Shown: positions 27,360-38,702, counted from the stretch's first letter. The stretch is 64,000 nt of DNA from an uncultured Lentimicrobiaceae bacterium (GCA_964592175.1 CAZQBU010000004.1:21412-85411); one strand, 5' to 3'. Notes: generated by a model not told the origin, from the sequence alone. A program made the numbers and translations.

Positions 27360-29039
27360 GTGTCAGACGATAAAAAAATTATTTTTTCCATGGTTGGGGT
27401 TAGTAAACTGATACCTCCGTCACGGACTATTTTAAAAGATATTTATTTATCCTTCTTTTATGGTGCTAAAATTGGCATTATTGGCTTAAACGGTTCGGGT
27501 AAATCCACCCTTTTGAGGATTATTGCAGGCAAAGACAAGTCGTATCAAGGTGAGGTAGTTTTTTCGCCTGGCTATTCGGTGGGTATGTTGGATCAGGAGC
27601 CGGAGCTTGATGATGCAAAAACAGTTAAAGAAGTTGTAGAAGAAGGTGTTCAGGAGGTGGTGGACATTTTAAAAGCCTATGAAGAAGTTAACAACCGCTT
27701 CATGGAGCCCATGTCGGACGACGAGATGAACGCATTGATTGAAGAACAAGGCAGGTTGACAGACCTTATCGAACAAAAGGATGCATGGGAGCTTGACAGC
27801 AAGCTGGAGCGCGCCATGGATGCATTACGTTGCCCCGAGCCGGAAACGCCTGTGAAAAATCTTTCGGGAGGGGAGCGCCGCCGAGTGGCATTATGCCGCC
27901 TCTTGCTCAGCGAACCGGATATCTTATTGCTCGACGAGCCCACAAACCACTTGGATGCCGAATCCGTCGAATGGCTGGAACAGCATTTGCAGCAATATAA
28001 AGGCACGGTGATCGCTGTTACGCACGACCGTTACTTCCTTGATCATGTAGCCGGATGGATTTTGGAATTAGATAGAGGAGAGGGTATCCCATGGAAAGGG
28101 AATTACTCTTCTTGGCTTGAACAAAAGACCAAACGCCTTGAGATGGAGGAAAAAACTGAAAGCAGAAGAAGGAAAACCTTGGAAAGGGAATTGGAATGGG
28201 TGCGTATGGCACCAAAAGCACGTCATGCCAAATCGAAAGCACGACTTTCGTCTTATGAACGACTGCTTCAGGAAGATGTGAAACAAAAAGAAGAACGCCT
28301 CGAGCTCTTTATTCCTAACGGTCCCCGCCTTGGAAATAAAGTGATTGAGTGTAATAACGTACGTAAAGCATACGGAGATAAGCTATTGTTTGAAGACCTC
28401 AGCTTCAGCTTGCCACCGGCCGGAATAGTAGGGGTAATCGGACCTAACGGAGCCGGAAAAACCACCCTGTTTCGCCTGATAATGGGACATGAAAAACCGG
28501 ATTCAGGTCATTTTGAAGTAGGAGAGACCGTACGTTTGGGATATGTGGACCAAGCACATGAAGAAATTGATCCCGAGAAAAATGTTTTTGAAATTATTTC
28601 GGGAGGACATGACGATATTCGACTTGGTAACCGTACCATTAACGCCAGAGCTTACGTGGCACGATTTAACTTTACGGGTAACGATCAAAATAAAAAAGCC
28701 GGCATCCTATCGGGCGGTGAGCGCAATCGCATGCACCTCGCATTGACGCTGAGGCAAGAAGCAAATGTGCTATTACTCGACGAACCCACAAACGATATTG
28801 ACGTGAATACGCTCAGGGCTTTGGAGGAAGGACTTGAAAATTTTGCAGGCTGCGCAGTCGTTATTTCACACGATAGATGGTTCCTCGACCGTATCGCAAC
28901 GCATATTCTCGCTTTTGAAGGCGATTCACAAGTTTATTTCTTCGAAGGAAGCTATACCGAATACGAAGAAAATAGAAGAAAACGACTTGGAGATAAAGGT
29001 CCCACACGAATACGCTATAAAAAGTTAAAGTCTGATTAG
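27360..29039 (+). CDS. ettA: Energy-dependent translational throttle protein EttA (ABC-F ATPase)
   Basis: 559 aa with a GTG start. Two ABC cassettes (GLNGSGKST and GPNGAGKTT Walker A motifs, LSGGERRR and LSGGERNR signatures) and an arm/linker typical of EttA. Confidence 0.9.
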   Translation: MSDDKKIIFSMVGVSKLIPPSRTILKDIYLSFFYGAKIGIIGLNGSGKSTLLRIIAGKDKSYQGEVVFSPGYSVGMLDQEPELDDAKTVKEVVEEGVQEVVDILKAYEEVNNRFMEPMSDDEMNALIEEQGRLTDLIEQKDAWELDSKLERAMDALRCPEPETPVKNLSGGERRRVALCRLLLSEPDILLLDEPTNHLDAESVEWLEQHLQQYKGTVIAVTHDRYFLDHVAGWILELDRGEGIPWKGNYSSWLEQKTKRLEMEEKTESRRRKTLERELEWVRMAPKARHAKSKARLSSYERLLQEDVKQKEERLELFIPNGPRLGNKVIECNNVRKAYGDKLLFEDLSFSLPPAGIVGVIGPNGAGKTTLFRLIMGHEKPDSGHFEVGETVRLGYVDQAHEEIDPEKNVFEIISGGHDDIRLGNRTINARAYVARFNFTGNDQNKKAGILSGGERNRMHLALTLRQEANVLLLDEPTNDIDVNTLRALEEGLENFAGCAVVISHDRWFLDRIATHILAFEGDSQVYFFEGSYTEYEENRRKRLGDKGPTRIRYKKLKSD

Positions 29040-29117
29040 ATTTTGATGGTATCAGATGCGCCTTGCTGAGCCAAACCGCGAAATTTTTCTACTTTTGCCT
29101 TTCTAACGAAAGCAATT

Positions 29118-30488
29118 ATGATGCAAAAACCTGCAATACCGAAAGGAACAAGAGATTTCGGACCAAAAATTATGGTGGGTCGAAACTATATTTTCGACCA
29201 GATACGTGATGTGTTTAAAAGATACGGCTATCAACCTATTGAAACTCCGGCAATTGAAAATTTGTCAACCCTGCTTGGAAAATATGGAGACGAAGGTGAT
29301 AAGCTGCTTTTCAGAATACTTGATTCAGGAGATTTTTTACGCAATGTACAGTTCACGGCAGATACGAAAGCCGAAGAGCTCTCGCCTCAAATTAGCGAAA
29401 AAGGATTGCGCTACGACCTGACAGTCCCCTTTGCACGTTTTGTTGTGCAAAATAGAAATGATATCAGCTTTCCTTTCAAACGTTATCAAATTCAACCGGT
29501 TTGGCGGGCTGACAGACCCCAAAAAGGCAGATACAGAGAGTTTTATCAATGTGATGTGGATGTGGTGGGAAGCGATTCACTGCTGAATGAAGCCGAACTG
29601 GTGCATATAGTGGATGATGTATTTGACAAGCTTGGAATTGATGTCATTGTAAAAATAAATAATCGAAAAATATTGGCAGGTATAGCCGAATATATCGAAT
29701 GTCCGGATGAATTAATCACCATTACCGTTGCCATCGATAAACTAGATAAAATTGGCTTGGATGGAGTGACCAAAGAATTGTTGGACAGAGGAATTCCGGC
29801 AGCTTCAATTGAGCGTTTGAAGCCCATTTTATTTATGAAAGGCGATAATACCGACAAACTAAATACCCTTGCCCTCATTTTACAATCTTCGGAAATCGGC
29901 ATGAAAGGCATTGAAGAAATGCGCGATCTTTTCGATTATTTAAAGCAAATGAATTTGAAGCTGCATTCGGAGCTTGACCTTACGCTTGCCAGGGGATTAA
30001 ATTATTATACCGGAGCAATTTTTGAAGTAAAAGCACGCGATTTTGATATTGGCAGCATCTGCGGAGGCGGGCGCTACGACGATTTAACCGGAATCTTTGG
30101 CTTGAAAGACGTTTCGGGCGTAGGAATCAGCTTTGGTGCCGATAGGATTTATGATGTGATGAGTGCCAAAGGACTTTTCCCAGAAGAAACCACCGACACC
30201 ACTAAGCTGCTGTTTGTGAATTTCGGCGCAAAAGAACTTACATACTGCCTGCCCTATCTGCAGCAGCTGAGAAAAGCAGGAATTAATGCAGAAATTTATC
30301 CCGATGCCGACAAGCTTAAAAAGCAGATGAGATATGCCGATCAAAAAGAAATTCCACTGGTTATTATGGCAGGTGAAACCGAAATACAACAACAAACTTT
30401 TGGCTTGAAATGGATGAAAACAGGCGAACAAACACAAATTCCGGCCGATGAACTCATAGCAACACTCATTAAAAAGTTTAACGAATAA
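29118..30488 (+). CDS. hisS: Histidine--tRNA ligase
   Basis: 456 aa. PKGTRDF, class II motif 2 (FRYEVPQ-like: [26 protein letters not shown]), a GGGRYD motif and a C-terminal anticodon-binding domain. Confidence 0.95.
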   Translation: MMQKPAIPKGTRDFGPKIMVGRNYIFDQIRDVFKRYGYQPIETPAIENLSTLLGKYGDEGDKLLFRILDSGDFLRNVQFTADTKAEELSPQISEKGLRYDLTVPFARFVVQNRNDISFPFKRYQIQPVWRADRPQKGRYREFYQCDVDVVGSDSLLNEAELVHIVDDVFDKLGIDVIVKINNRKILAGIAEYIECPDELITITVAIDKLDKIGLDGVTKELLDRGIPAASIERLKPILFMKGDNTDKLNTLALILQSSEIGMKGIEEMRDLFDYLKQMNLKLHSELDLTLARGLNYYTGAIFEVKARDFDIGSICGGGRYDDLTGIFGLKDVSGVGISFGADRIYDVMSAKGLFPEETTDTTKLLFVNFGAKELTYCLPYLQQLRKAGINAEIYPDADKLKKQMRYADQKEIPLVIMAGETEIQQQTFGLKWMKTGEQTQIPADELIATLIKKFNE

Positions 30489-30557
30489 ATAGAGCGGAAA
30501 ATCGTAACAAGAAATAAATAGGAAAAGAACGAAATTATAAACTGCAAGCATTATTGT

Positions 30558-32075
30558 ATGAAAACACATTATATCAGTTCAGACAAACTCACTTTTCAAA
30601 CTTTGTTTGATATTATAAAAGAAGGTCATAAACTGGCTCTTTCTGACACGGCAAAAGAAAAAATCAGCCATTGCCGCGCATACCTCGATGAGAAGATGAG
30701 CTCGCACAAAGAGCCGGTTTACGGGATTACCACCGGTTTTGGCTCCTTGTACAATAAAAAGATTTCATCCGAAGATTTGGGGACGTTGCAAAAAAACTTG
30801 GTCATGTCGCATGCCTGCGGCATAGGCGAAGAAGTTCCTGCAGAAATTGTCCGTCTGATGCTGATTTTAAAAATTCAAAGCTTGTCATACGGGCATTCAG
30901 GCGTTCAACTTCAAACGGTGGAGCGCTTGATTGACTTTTTCAATCACGATATACTCCCCATAGTGTATCAGCAAGGTTCATTAGGTGCTTCGGGCGACCT
31001 GGCTCCTTTGGCACATTTGAGCTTGCCTTTGTTGGGCTTGGGAGAAGTTTTGTATAAAGGCAAGCGTCAGCCTGCAGCCGATGTGCTTCAGTCCTTTGGC
31101 TGGCAAGCTATTGAGTTGCAATCAAAAGAAGGGCTTGCACTCCTTAACGGAACTCAGTTTATGAGTGCATATGGTGTGTTTATACTCATGAAATCCTTCC
31201 GCTTGTCAATATTGGCAGATATTATTGCTTCTATTTCTCTTGATGCGTTTGATGGCAGGATTGAAGCCTTTTATGAGCAGGTACATCGTATCCGAAATCA
31301 TAAAGGACAGCTTGATACCGCAGCACGTATCCGTCAGCTATTAAATGGAAGTCAAATTATCAGCCGTCCCAAACAACATGTGCAGGATCCTTACAGCTTC
31401 CGCTGTATCCCACAGGTACACGGCGCTTCCAAAGATGCCGTAAACTATGCTGCACAGGTATTTTCCAATGAAATTAATGCCGTAACCGATAACCCGACGA
31501 TCTTTCCTGATGAAGATTTGATCATATCGGCCGGTAACTTCCACGGTCAGCCTCTGGCATTAGCTTTGGATCAGCTTGCCATAGCCCTTGCCGAATGGGG
31601 AAGCATCTCGGAGCGAAGAACGTATCAGCTGCTGTTTGGTAAGCGCGATTTACCCTCATTTTTGGTTGCCAATCCCGGCTTGAACTCCGGCTTTATGATT
31701 CCGCAATATACTGCAGCAAGTTTGGTAAGTCAAAACAAACAACTGTGCATGCCGGCTTCCGTGGATACCATCGATTCTTCGCAAGGTCAAGAAGATCATG
31801 TGAGTATGGGCGCCAATGCCGCCACACGTACCTATCGCGTACTCATGAACCTTGAACGTATCTTGGCAATAGAACTGTTTAATGCCGCACAAGCACTCGA
31901 TTTTAGACGACCGCTGAAGTCATCCGATTTTATTGAAGACTTCGTGGCTCAATATCGAACAAAGGTTGACTTCGTCGAGCAAGACAAGATTATGTACACC
32001 GAAATGCAGAAATCGGTTGAATTTTTAAGAGAAGTGGAGCTGAAAATAGCAGCTGCCTTGGTAAAAGGTGTATAA
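30558..32075 (+). CDS. hutH: Histidine ammonia-lyase
   Basis: 505 aa. The MIO-forming triad sits in GSLGASGDLAPLAHL. The substrate-selectivity position reads LVMSHACGIG (Ser-His), as in HAL rather than TAL or PAL. Confidence 0.9.
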   Translation: MKTHYISSDKLTFQTLFDIIKEGHKLALSDTAKEKISHCRAYLDEKMSSHKEPVYGITTGFGSLYNKKISSEDLGTLQKNLVMSHACGIGEEVPAEIVRLMLILKIQSLSYGHSGVQLQTVERLIDFFNHDILPIVYQQGSLGASGDLAPLAHLSLPLLGLGEVLYKGKRQPAADVLQSFGWQAIELQSKEGLALLNGTQFMSAYGVFILMKSFRLSILADIIASISLDAFDGRIEAFYEQVHRIRNHKGQLDTAARIRQLLNGSQIISRPKQHVQDPYSFRCIPQVHGASKDAVNYAAQVFSNEINAVTDNPTIFPDEDLIISAGNFHGQPLALALDQLAIALAEWGSISERRTYQLLFGKRDLPSFLVANPGLNSGFMIPQYTAASLVSQNKQLCMPASVDTIDSSQGQEDHVSMGANAATRTYRVLMNLERILAIELFNAAQALDFRRPLKSSDFIEDFVAQYRTKVDFVEQDKIMYTEMQKSVEFLREVELKIAAALVKGV

Positions 32076-32080
32076 TGCTG

Positions 32081-32401
32081 TTATTCAGAGAATAAAAGAT
32101 TGTACGGACGCTCGATGGCAGCAGCTATTTGTGCGGTGGAAACATATTTACTCCAGCGCTGAAACTCCCTTTCTTGGAAAAATACAATGAAAGTTGGGTT
32201 GGAAAACACATTGTAAGATGCCGCAATCTCGGGATGGGCTTCCGAATCTATAAAAAGGATTTTGATGTTAGGGAAATCCACATCAATTAATTCTTGAATT
32301 TTAGGGCGCAGACTCACGCATGGAGCGCAACGGTCACTATAAAAATAAAGTAAGATTGCATCCTGTTGTGCAATTTCTTGTTCAATAAGTTGTTTATCCA
32401 C
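32081..32401 (-). CDS. Thioredoxin-family protein
   Basis: 106 aa. CAPC active-site motif in FYSDRCAPCVSLRP, and a thioredoxin-fold length. Confidence 0.7.
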   Translation of the reverse strand: MDKQLIEQEIAQQDAILLYFYSDRCAPCVSLRPKIQELIDVDFPNIKILFIDSEAHPEIAASYNVFSNPTFIVFFQEREFQRWSKYVSTAQIAAAIERPYNLLFSE

Positions 32402-32461
32402 AAAAATAATTTTTCGGCAAAGATACTATGAAAGCTATGATTAAAAGCCTTAATTTTGAAT

Positions 32462-32687
32462 CCTGCTTAATTCATGAATTTAATTTTGAGAAATTTTCAG
32501 GCATGAGCTGTGAAGCTGTAGCCAACTACCGCGAACAGCTTATAACGCAAAAGTTGCCAAAATTAAATCAAAATTCATTTATAATAAATAGTTTTTTAGT
32601 TACCATTAAAATCTCTTAAGACAATGATTATAAGCTTATTACGATAAAGTTAGCTTTATAAACTTATGAATTGGTGAATTATGCGGG
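32462..32687 (+). mobile_element. MITE-like repeat, full-length (226 bp) copy
   Basis: CCTGCTTAATTCATGAATT ... AATTGGTGAATTATGCGGG, flanked by GAAT on both sides (32458-32461 and 32688-32691). The left half is near-identical to the reverse complement of 21883-22110; the right half is more diverged. Confidence 0.65.
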
Positions 32688-32749
32688 GAATGTTGTTAAT
32701 CAAAGTCAGGTTTTTAAAGGCTTTTGAGCAAATTGAGCCGACTTTTTGA

Positions 32750-33241
32750 ATGAATTTATTCAGGTTTGGAAGAAAAATCGTTTTTCCGAATCCTTTTGTG
32801 AATTTGAAAATTGATAAAGTAGTGATGGTACAGCAGAAACGACCGCCGGTCTTGACTTTTATATGTGTTTTGAGTTTTATTGGAAGCGGATTGACGGCAT
32901 TGAGTAATTTATTCGTGTATGTCAATTATAATCTGGTGATGGAATCTCTTAAAAGCATGGATTTTGATTTATTTGAATTTGATCCGGCTTTATTTTTGGC
33001 AATAAAACGACCTTATTTTATTTTAACCGGCTTGTTGGCAATTTTTTCGTTTTTAGGCGTAAAACGTATATGGAATCTGCAAAAAATTGGTCTTCATATG
33101 TATGCTATTGCTCAAATTGTATTACTAATTGTATCATCCGTACATATTTATCGACCGATCGGGCAAATCCCAATCTTCGATTTGATGTTGACCACACTAT
33201 TTATTTTAATGTATCTTCGTTTTAAAGAAATTATGAACTGA
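32750..33241 (+). CDS. Hypothetical small membrane protein
   Basis: Four predicted TM helices. The likely real start is MVQQKRPP at 32825. No recognisable motif. Confidence 0.4.
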   Translation: MNLFRFGRKIVFPNPFVNLKIDKVVMVQQKRPPVLTFICVLSFIGSGLTALSNLFVYVNYNLVMESLKSMDFDLFEFDPALFLAIKRPYFILTGLLAIFSFLGVKRIWNLQKIGLHMYAIAQIVLLIVSSVHIYRPIGQIPIFDLMLTTLFILMYLRFKEIMN

Positions 33242-33264
33242 TTTTACGCCGGCATTCAAAGAAT

Positions 33265-33687
33265 ATGGAAGAACAAGCAACATATAAGCCTAAAAAGACC
33301 GGTATTTGGTCCAAGCTATTTTTCACATTTGCGTTTGTATATTACGCCAGCACTGCTATCTGGATATTCTTGGCATTATTTTTTCACGACTTCATAAAAG
33401 ATATGGCAGCGCTTTATATTGATGAATTTGCCATGTCGAATGTGTTGTTTTTTCTCCTCTTGCTATTGGTTTTCGGCTTATATGCAATGCTCCTTACCGG
33501 TTTATTGTTTATGTACAAGGGATTGCCTAAGCTTGGCTTAATATTTTTTCTCACCTCCTCTTTAATTATTCTGGGGCTTCAAACCTCTATCATAAACTCT
33601 GTTGGCTACCATAAATTATACCTTGATTTGGGCATAATGGTGGCAGTAATCTTGTTTCAATGGGTTAGAATGGCACAAAAAGCATAA
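33265..33687 (+). CDS. Hypothetical small membrane protein
   Basis: 140 aa with four hydrophobic helices. No recognisable motif. Confidence 0.4.
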   Translation: MEEQATYKPKKTGIWSKLFFTFAFVYYASTAIWIFLALFFHDFIKDMAALYIDEFAMSNVLFFLLLLLVFGLYAMLLTGLLFMYKGLPKLGLIFFLTSSLIILGLQTSIINSVGYHKLYLDLGIMVAVILFQWVRMAQKA

Positions 33688-34005
33688 AAATTTTGACTTT
33701 TAAGCGAAAAAAGTTGACAAATACGATTAAAGTCAATATTTTTGAAGATTATAATACGTGATATCGGCATAAACTAGCTTTAAGCCGTATCTCGGATATA
33801 TGATTTTATGTTTGTTTTAAAGCCGAAAATCACAAGATGAAAGTGCTTCAAACTTGTTGTCTGCAAATAAAACAAGCAAAAATAATGTTGTATTAAATAA
33901 ATTTATTAATATTGTAGTCTTGTTCAAAATAAAAAAGGACAAATATTATTTATGTTTAAGTTTATAAGTATTTATTAATCAATTCACTAACCAAAATTCA
34001 TCATT

Positions 34006-37000
34006 ATGAGAAAAATTACGTTTATGTTAGTGTTCTTGCTTGCCGTAGGCATCAGCGGTGCTTTTGCGCAAACAAGGACCGTGACTGGTAAGGTTACCAG
34101 CTCACAGGATGGAGAGGGAATTCCTGGTGTTACGGTGAGGGTAAAGGGTACTACTATAGGTGCCATTACCAATTTTGATGGATATTATGAGCTCAATGTA
34201 CGTCCTGAGCACCGTACATTGGTCTTCTCATTTATATCCATGAAGACACAGGAGGTTGAACTTGGTGCACAAACTAGCATTAATATCGAGATGGAGCCTG
34301 ATGTGATCCAGATTGATGAGGTGGTGGTCACTGCATTGGGAATTTCCAGAGAGAAAAAGTCATTGGGTTATGCTGTGCAAACAGTGGCCGACGATGAGCT
34401 GGTTCGTACAGGAAATACCAGTTTGGTAGGAGCCATGCAGGGTAAAATTGCGGGGGTTGACATTAAGCCTTCCAGCGGTATGCCCGGTGCTTCTTCACAA
34501 ATGGTAATTCGTGGAGCCCGTTCATTTACCGGTGACAACACTCCCTTGTATGTTATTGATGGGATGCCTATTTCATCAACAGCACCTTACTCAACAGGAA
34601 ATAGTGTTACCGGAACCGACGTTGCAAACCGTGCGCTCGACATTAACCCCGCCGATATCGAAAGCATCGACATCCTTAAAGGACAGGCAGCTGCCGCTCT
34701 TTACGGTATCCGTGCTTCAAACGGTGTGATTATTATTACTACAAAAAGCGGACGTGGCCTCGCAGCCGGAAGACCGGTGGTTACCTTTAACCACAATACC
34801 AGCTTTGATGTAGTATCTCGTACTCCCGACTTCCAAACTACTTATGCTCAAGGTAGCTATGGCGTGTACCAGCCCACCGCTTCCTATTCATGGGGTCCAA
34901 AAATTACTGACCTCCCGAATGACCCAAGATATGGTGGAAATACCGATAACTCTTATACAGCAGAGTGGGGACTTCAAGAAGGAAAATATTTTGTTCCTCA
35001 GCTTGATCAAGCCGGAGTAAATCCTTGGCTGACACCTCAGGTATATAATAACTGGGACGATTATTTCCAAACAGGATATACTGTTTCAAATAACCTGAAT
35101 GTTTCACAAGCCAATGCTGACGGAAACTTTGCCATAGGCGTTAGCATGACAGACCAAAAGGGTATTGCCCTTGCTACAGGTATGAAACGCTACAATGCCA
35201 AAGCTTCGGGTGAAAGAAATTTGAATAAAAACTTTACCGTTGGATATAATGCCAACTATTCAAAAAGTAATATTGATAAGCTGTCAGGTGCTAACGACGG
35301 TTCCTTGACAGGACCTTTGGCTGCTCCTTCAAGCTATAACTTAAAAGGAACACCTTATCATGTACCGGGCGATCCATACAGACAAATTTACTTCCGTGGA
35401 GGTTCATTTGACAACTCATACTGGGTTCCGGACAATAACACCTTTAACGAAAAGAACGATCGCTTCTTCGGAAACGGTTTTGTGAATTATATCGCAAATC
35501 TGAATGAAGGAATGATTCTTCGTTTACGCTATCAAGCAGGTGTTGATACCTATTCCACTCACTTCCAAGATATCTTTGGATACGGAAGCCGTGGTAACTC
35601 AAAAGGTGTGATTGACAACTACGGAACTACCTATGCACTGTTTAACTCAACTGCTACTGCTAACTTCGACTGGAAGATTAACAGTGATTTTGACTTTAAT
35701 TTCATGTTAGGTAATGAGTTGAACCATAGCACCAGAAAAACCTACTGGGAATCAGGAACTGACTTTAACTTTGGCGGATGGAACCATATTGGAAATGCCA
35801 GTATCGTTACTGCCGGTGAAGGACAAAATTCATTCCGTGATGTGGGTGTATTCGGTAGCTTGGCATTAAGCTGGAGATCCATGTTGTTCCTCAATGCTAC
35901 AGGAAGAAATGACGTGGTATCACAAATGCCCAGAGACAATCGTACATTCTTCTATCCTTCAGTTTCATTAGGCTTTGTAGTAACTGAACTTCCCGGCCTT
36001 GACGAAGTTAACTGGTTGTCATTTGCAAAACTTAGAGCATCATACGCCGAAGTTGGACAAGCAGGTCGTTATCTTGAAAACTATTATGTAACTCCAGGTT
36101 ACGGTGGCGGTTTCTGGCAGTCAGACCCAATCCAATATCCTATTGGTGGTGTGAATGCATACATGCCGAGCACTACTCATTATGACCCCAACCTGAGACC
36201 ACAGAATACTGCTTCCTATGAGTTGGGTGTTGACTTGAAGTTCTTTGATAACCGTTTCGGAATCGACTATAACTTCTCACACCAAACTGTTACTGACCAA
36301 ATCTTCCCCGTACCGCTTGCCGGTTCAACAGGAGCAGCTCAGTTAGTAATGAACGGTGGTAAAGTTCAAACCGACGTACACGAATTAATGATGTATGTTA
36401 CTCCTGTGAGAACACGTCAGTTCCAATGGGATATGAGCTTCAACTTTGCAGCAGTAAAGAACGAAGTTCTTGAATTGGCCGACGGTGTTGAAAGTATTTT
36501 CTTAGGTGGATTCGTTACACCTCAAGTGCGTGCCGGAATTGGATATACCTATCCTGTAATTTATGGTACTTCATTTGCAAGACATGAAAATGGTGAAATC
36601 TTGGTTGTTGACAATCCGGGTGCATGGAACCACGGTATGCCGATGACCGGTGAACCAGCTGTAATCGGTGAAGTATCACCCGATTTCATCCTTGGTGCAA
36701 CCAATACTTTCAGCTTTAAAGAATTTTCATTAAGTGCCACATTCGAATGGAAGAACGGCGGTGAAATGTATTCCGGATCTAACGGACTGTTAGACTTATA
36801 CGGAATGTCATCTGTAACAGAAAATAGAGATGATACCTTTATATTTAAAGGTGTGAAGCCCGATGGCACGCCAAACGATATCGTTAGAGGAGGTGTAAAC
36901 GATCCTGAAGCAATTCAAGATTTATATGCCAACGTACTGTCAGATGTAGATGAATATTACATCCATGATAATTCGTTTGTAAAACTGCGTGAGCTTTCAC

Positions 37001-37203
37001 TCAGATATCAGTTTGCAAAACCGATTTATAAAACCATGAATGTAGGCGTATCATTATATGCCAGAAATATTCTATTGTGGACTGCATTACGTAATCTTGA
37101 CCCCGAAACCTCACAAGGTAATAACAATATGGGAGGTTCATTCGAAAGATTCTCATTGCCACAGACTACCAGCTATGGATTTGGTTTTGATATAACATTC
37201 TAA
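34006..37203 (+). CDS. SusC/RagA-family TonB-dependent outer-membrane transporter
   Basis: 1065 aa. Signal peptide, then a carboxypeptidase-regulatory-like domain (VTGKVTSSQDGEGIPGVTVRVKGTTIGAITNFDGYYEL). Plug motif (IESIDILKGQAAAALYGIRASNGVIIITTK) and a C-terminal beta-barrel ending in F. Confidence 0.9.
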   Translation: MRKITFMLVFLLAVGISGAFAQTRTVTGKVTSSQDGEGIPGVTVRVKGTTIGAITNFDGYYELNVRPEHRTLVFSFISMKTQEVELGAQTSINIEMEPDVIQIDEVVVTALGISREKKSLGYAVQTVADDELVRTGNTSLVGAMQGKIAGVDIKPSSGMPGASSQMVIRGARSFTGDNTPLYVIDGMPISSTAPYSTGNSVTGTDVANRALDINPADIESIDILKGQAAAALYGIRASNGVIIITTKSGRGLAAGRPVVTFNHNTSFDVVSRTPDFQTTYAQGSYGVYQPTASYSWGPKITDLPNDPRYGGNTDNSYTAEWGLQEGKYFVPQLDQAGVNPWLTPQVYNNWDDYFQTGYTVSNNLNVSQANADGNFAIGVSMTDQKGIALATGMKRYNAKASGERNLNKNFTVGYNANYSKSNIDKLSGANDGSLTGPLAAPSSYNLKGTPYHVPGDPYRQIYFRGGSFDNSYWVPDNNTFNEKNDRFFGNGFVNYIANLNEGMILRLRYQAGVDTYSTHFQDIFGYGSRGNSKGVIDNYGTTYALFNSTATANFDWKINSDFDFNFMLGNELNHSTRKTYWESGTDFNFGGWNHIGNASIVTAGEGQNSFRDVGVFGSLALSWRSMLFLNATGRNDVVSQMPRDNRTFFYPSVSLGFVVTELPGLDEVNWLSFAKLRASYAEVGQAGRYLENYYVTPGYGGGFWQSDPIQYPIGGVNAYMPSTTHYDPNLRPQNTASYELGVDLKFFDNRFGIDYNFSHQTVTDQIFPVPLAGSTGAAQLVMNGGKVQTDVHELMMYVTPVRTRQFQWDMSFNFAAVKNEVLELADGVESIFLGGFVTPQVRAGIGYTYPVIYGTSFARHENGEILVVDNPGAWNHGMPMTGEPAVIGEVSPDFILGATNTFSFKEFSLSATFEWKNGGEMYSGSNGLLDLYGMSSVTENRDDTFIFKGVKPDGTPNDIVRGGVNDPEAIQDLYANVLSDVDEYYIHDNSFVKLRELSLRYQFAKPIYKTMNVGVSLYARNILLWTALRNLDPETSQGNNNMGGSFERFSLPQTTSYGFGFDITF

Positions 37204-37211
37204 TTTAAAAA

Positions 37212-38669
37212 ATGAAGAACATGAAAAAGAAAATAAATATAGTGCTGGCAGCCATGCTTCTAATGATTGCATGGTCGTGCTCAAAAGATACCATGGACGA
37301 CATTAATAAGAATGTCAACGACCCAACGAATGTTGCTGCTAATCTGATTATTACTGATGCGATGATTAAATCTGCTTTCAGTATTACAGGAAGTGATTTG
37401 GCGTTCTATGCATCCATTTATATGGAACATAATGTTGGCGTCTGGAGCCAAGGCTATAGTGCTGAAATTCGTACCGGTGAACCCACTAGTGCGACAACCT
37501 ATAACAATAACTGGAACACTACCTATATTAACTTGGGTAACTTAAAAACCATTATAGAAAAATGTTCCCCCGGTGGACCGGAAGAAGATAATGTGTATAC
37601 CTTAGGTATTGCACAAGTGTTGATGGCTCATAACCTCGCCACCTTAACCGACTTGATGGGTGACGTGCCATGGGAAGAAGCCTTACAGCCCGGAATTATC
37701 TATACTCCGAAACTGGATAAACAAGAAGATTTGTATAAAGAAGTATTCAGACTGCTCGATGCAGCCATTGAAAACTTTAACAAAGAATCAATTATCTTTT
37801 TAGGTGCACAAGACTTTATTTATAGTGGAAATGCCGCTTCAATCAAATTGTGGGAAAAATTCGCCTACGGTCTGAAAGCTCGTTACACTATGAGATTGTC
37901 ACATAAAAACCCACAATATGGTAAAGTTATCGAATATGCTGAAAAATCATTTGCTTCAAGCAGTGAGCAGGCTCAGTTGAATTACAACGGTAGCACCATG
38001 ATTAGTCCTTTCCAAAAGTTTTATAACGACCGCGACTACTTTGGTGCAAGCGAAAGCTTTTATAACAAACTCGATGATCGTAATGACCCCAGATTAGATG
38101 TGTACTGGAAAATCCATCCAAAGGGAGACGAATTCTTATTGGCTCCAAACGGATCACCTGACCAGGTGCAAGGAATGTATGCAGTATCTGCAATTACAGA
38201 TGCGAAAGCTCCAACTTATTTGTTGAGCTATCACGAACTTGAGTTCTTAAAAGCAGAAGCTTATGCTCGTGACAATAATACACCTGATGCACAAACAGCA
38301 TTAGAGAAAGCTATCACAGCCGCATTCCAAAAAGTAAATGTTGGACTTACCGCTGAAGATGCCGAAGAATACTTTAATGATGAGGTTCTACCGAAATTCA
38401 ATGCCAATGCTCTTTCCGAAATTATGAACCAAAAGTATTTTGCGTTCTTTGAAGAAGAAGCTTTGGAAGTTTATCACGACTATCGTAGGCTGAAAGCAAT
38501 GGGTAATAACTTTATCCAATTGTCAAATCCAAAGAATGCAGATCGCTTCCCATTGAGATTTACTTATGGAAATAGCGATGTGACTACGAATGTGAATGTA
38601 CGCGAAGCATATGGCGATGGAACCTATGTATTTACTGAAAATGTATGGTGGGCCGGTGGCTCTCGTTAA
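37212..38669 (+). CDS. SusD/RagB-family nutrient-binding lipoprotein
   Basis: 485 aa, directly downstream of SusC. Lipobox AWSCSKD and TPR-like helical content (ELEFLKAEAYAR block). Confidence 0.85.
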   Translation: MKNMKKKINIVLAAMLLMIAWSCSKDTMDDINKNVNDPTNVAANLIITDAMIKSAFSITGSDLAFYASIYMEHNVGVWSQGYSAEIRTGEPTSATTYNNNWNTTYINLGNLKTIIEKCSPGGPEEDNVYTLGIAQVLMAHNLATLTDLMGDVPWEEALQPGIIYTPKLDKQEDLYKEVFRLLDAAIENFNKESIIFLGAQDFIYSGNAASIKLWEKFAYGLKARYTMRLSHKNPQYGKVIEYAEKSFASSSEQAQLNYNGSTMISPFQKFYNDRDYFGASESFYNKLDDRNDPRLDVYWKIHPKGDEFLLAPNGSPDQVQGMYAVSAITDAKAPTYLLSYHELEFLKAEAYARDNNTPDAQTALEKAITAAFQKVNVGLTAEDAEEYFNDEVLPKFNANALSEIMNQKYFAFFEEEALEVYHDYRRLKAMGNNFIQLSNPKNADRFPLRFTYGNSDVTTNVNVREAYGDGTYVFTENVWWAGGSR

Positions 38670-38702
38670 TATTAATTTTGTCGAAAATTAAATAGATAAG
38701 AT

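Noticed and set aside
30558-32075. hutH homolog considered as a tyrosine or phenylalanine ammonia-lyase (for example for aryl-polyene or flexirubin-type pigment synthesis), because no hutU/hutI is adjacent
   Set aside because: The substrate-selectivity position reads Ser-His (LVMSHACG), as in genuine histidine ammonia-lyases, not His-Leu (TAL) or Phe-Leu (PAL). No pigment biosynthesis genes are nearby.
32428-32619. 63-aa ORF (MKAMIKSLNFESCLIHEFNFEKF...) inside the repeat at 32462-32687
   Set aside because: The reading frame is not conserved in the other two copies, which carry an indel and a 95-bp deletion. The repeat is therefore not protein-coding.
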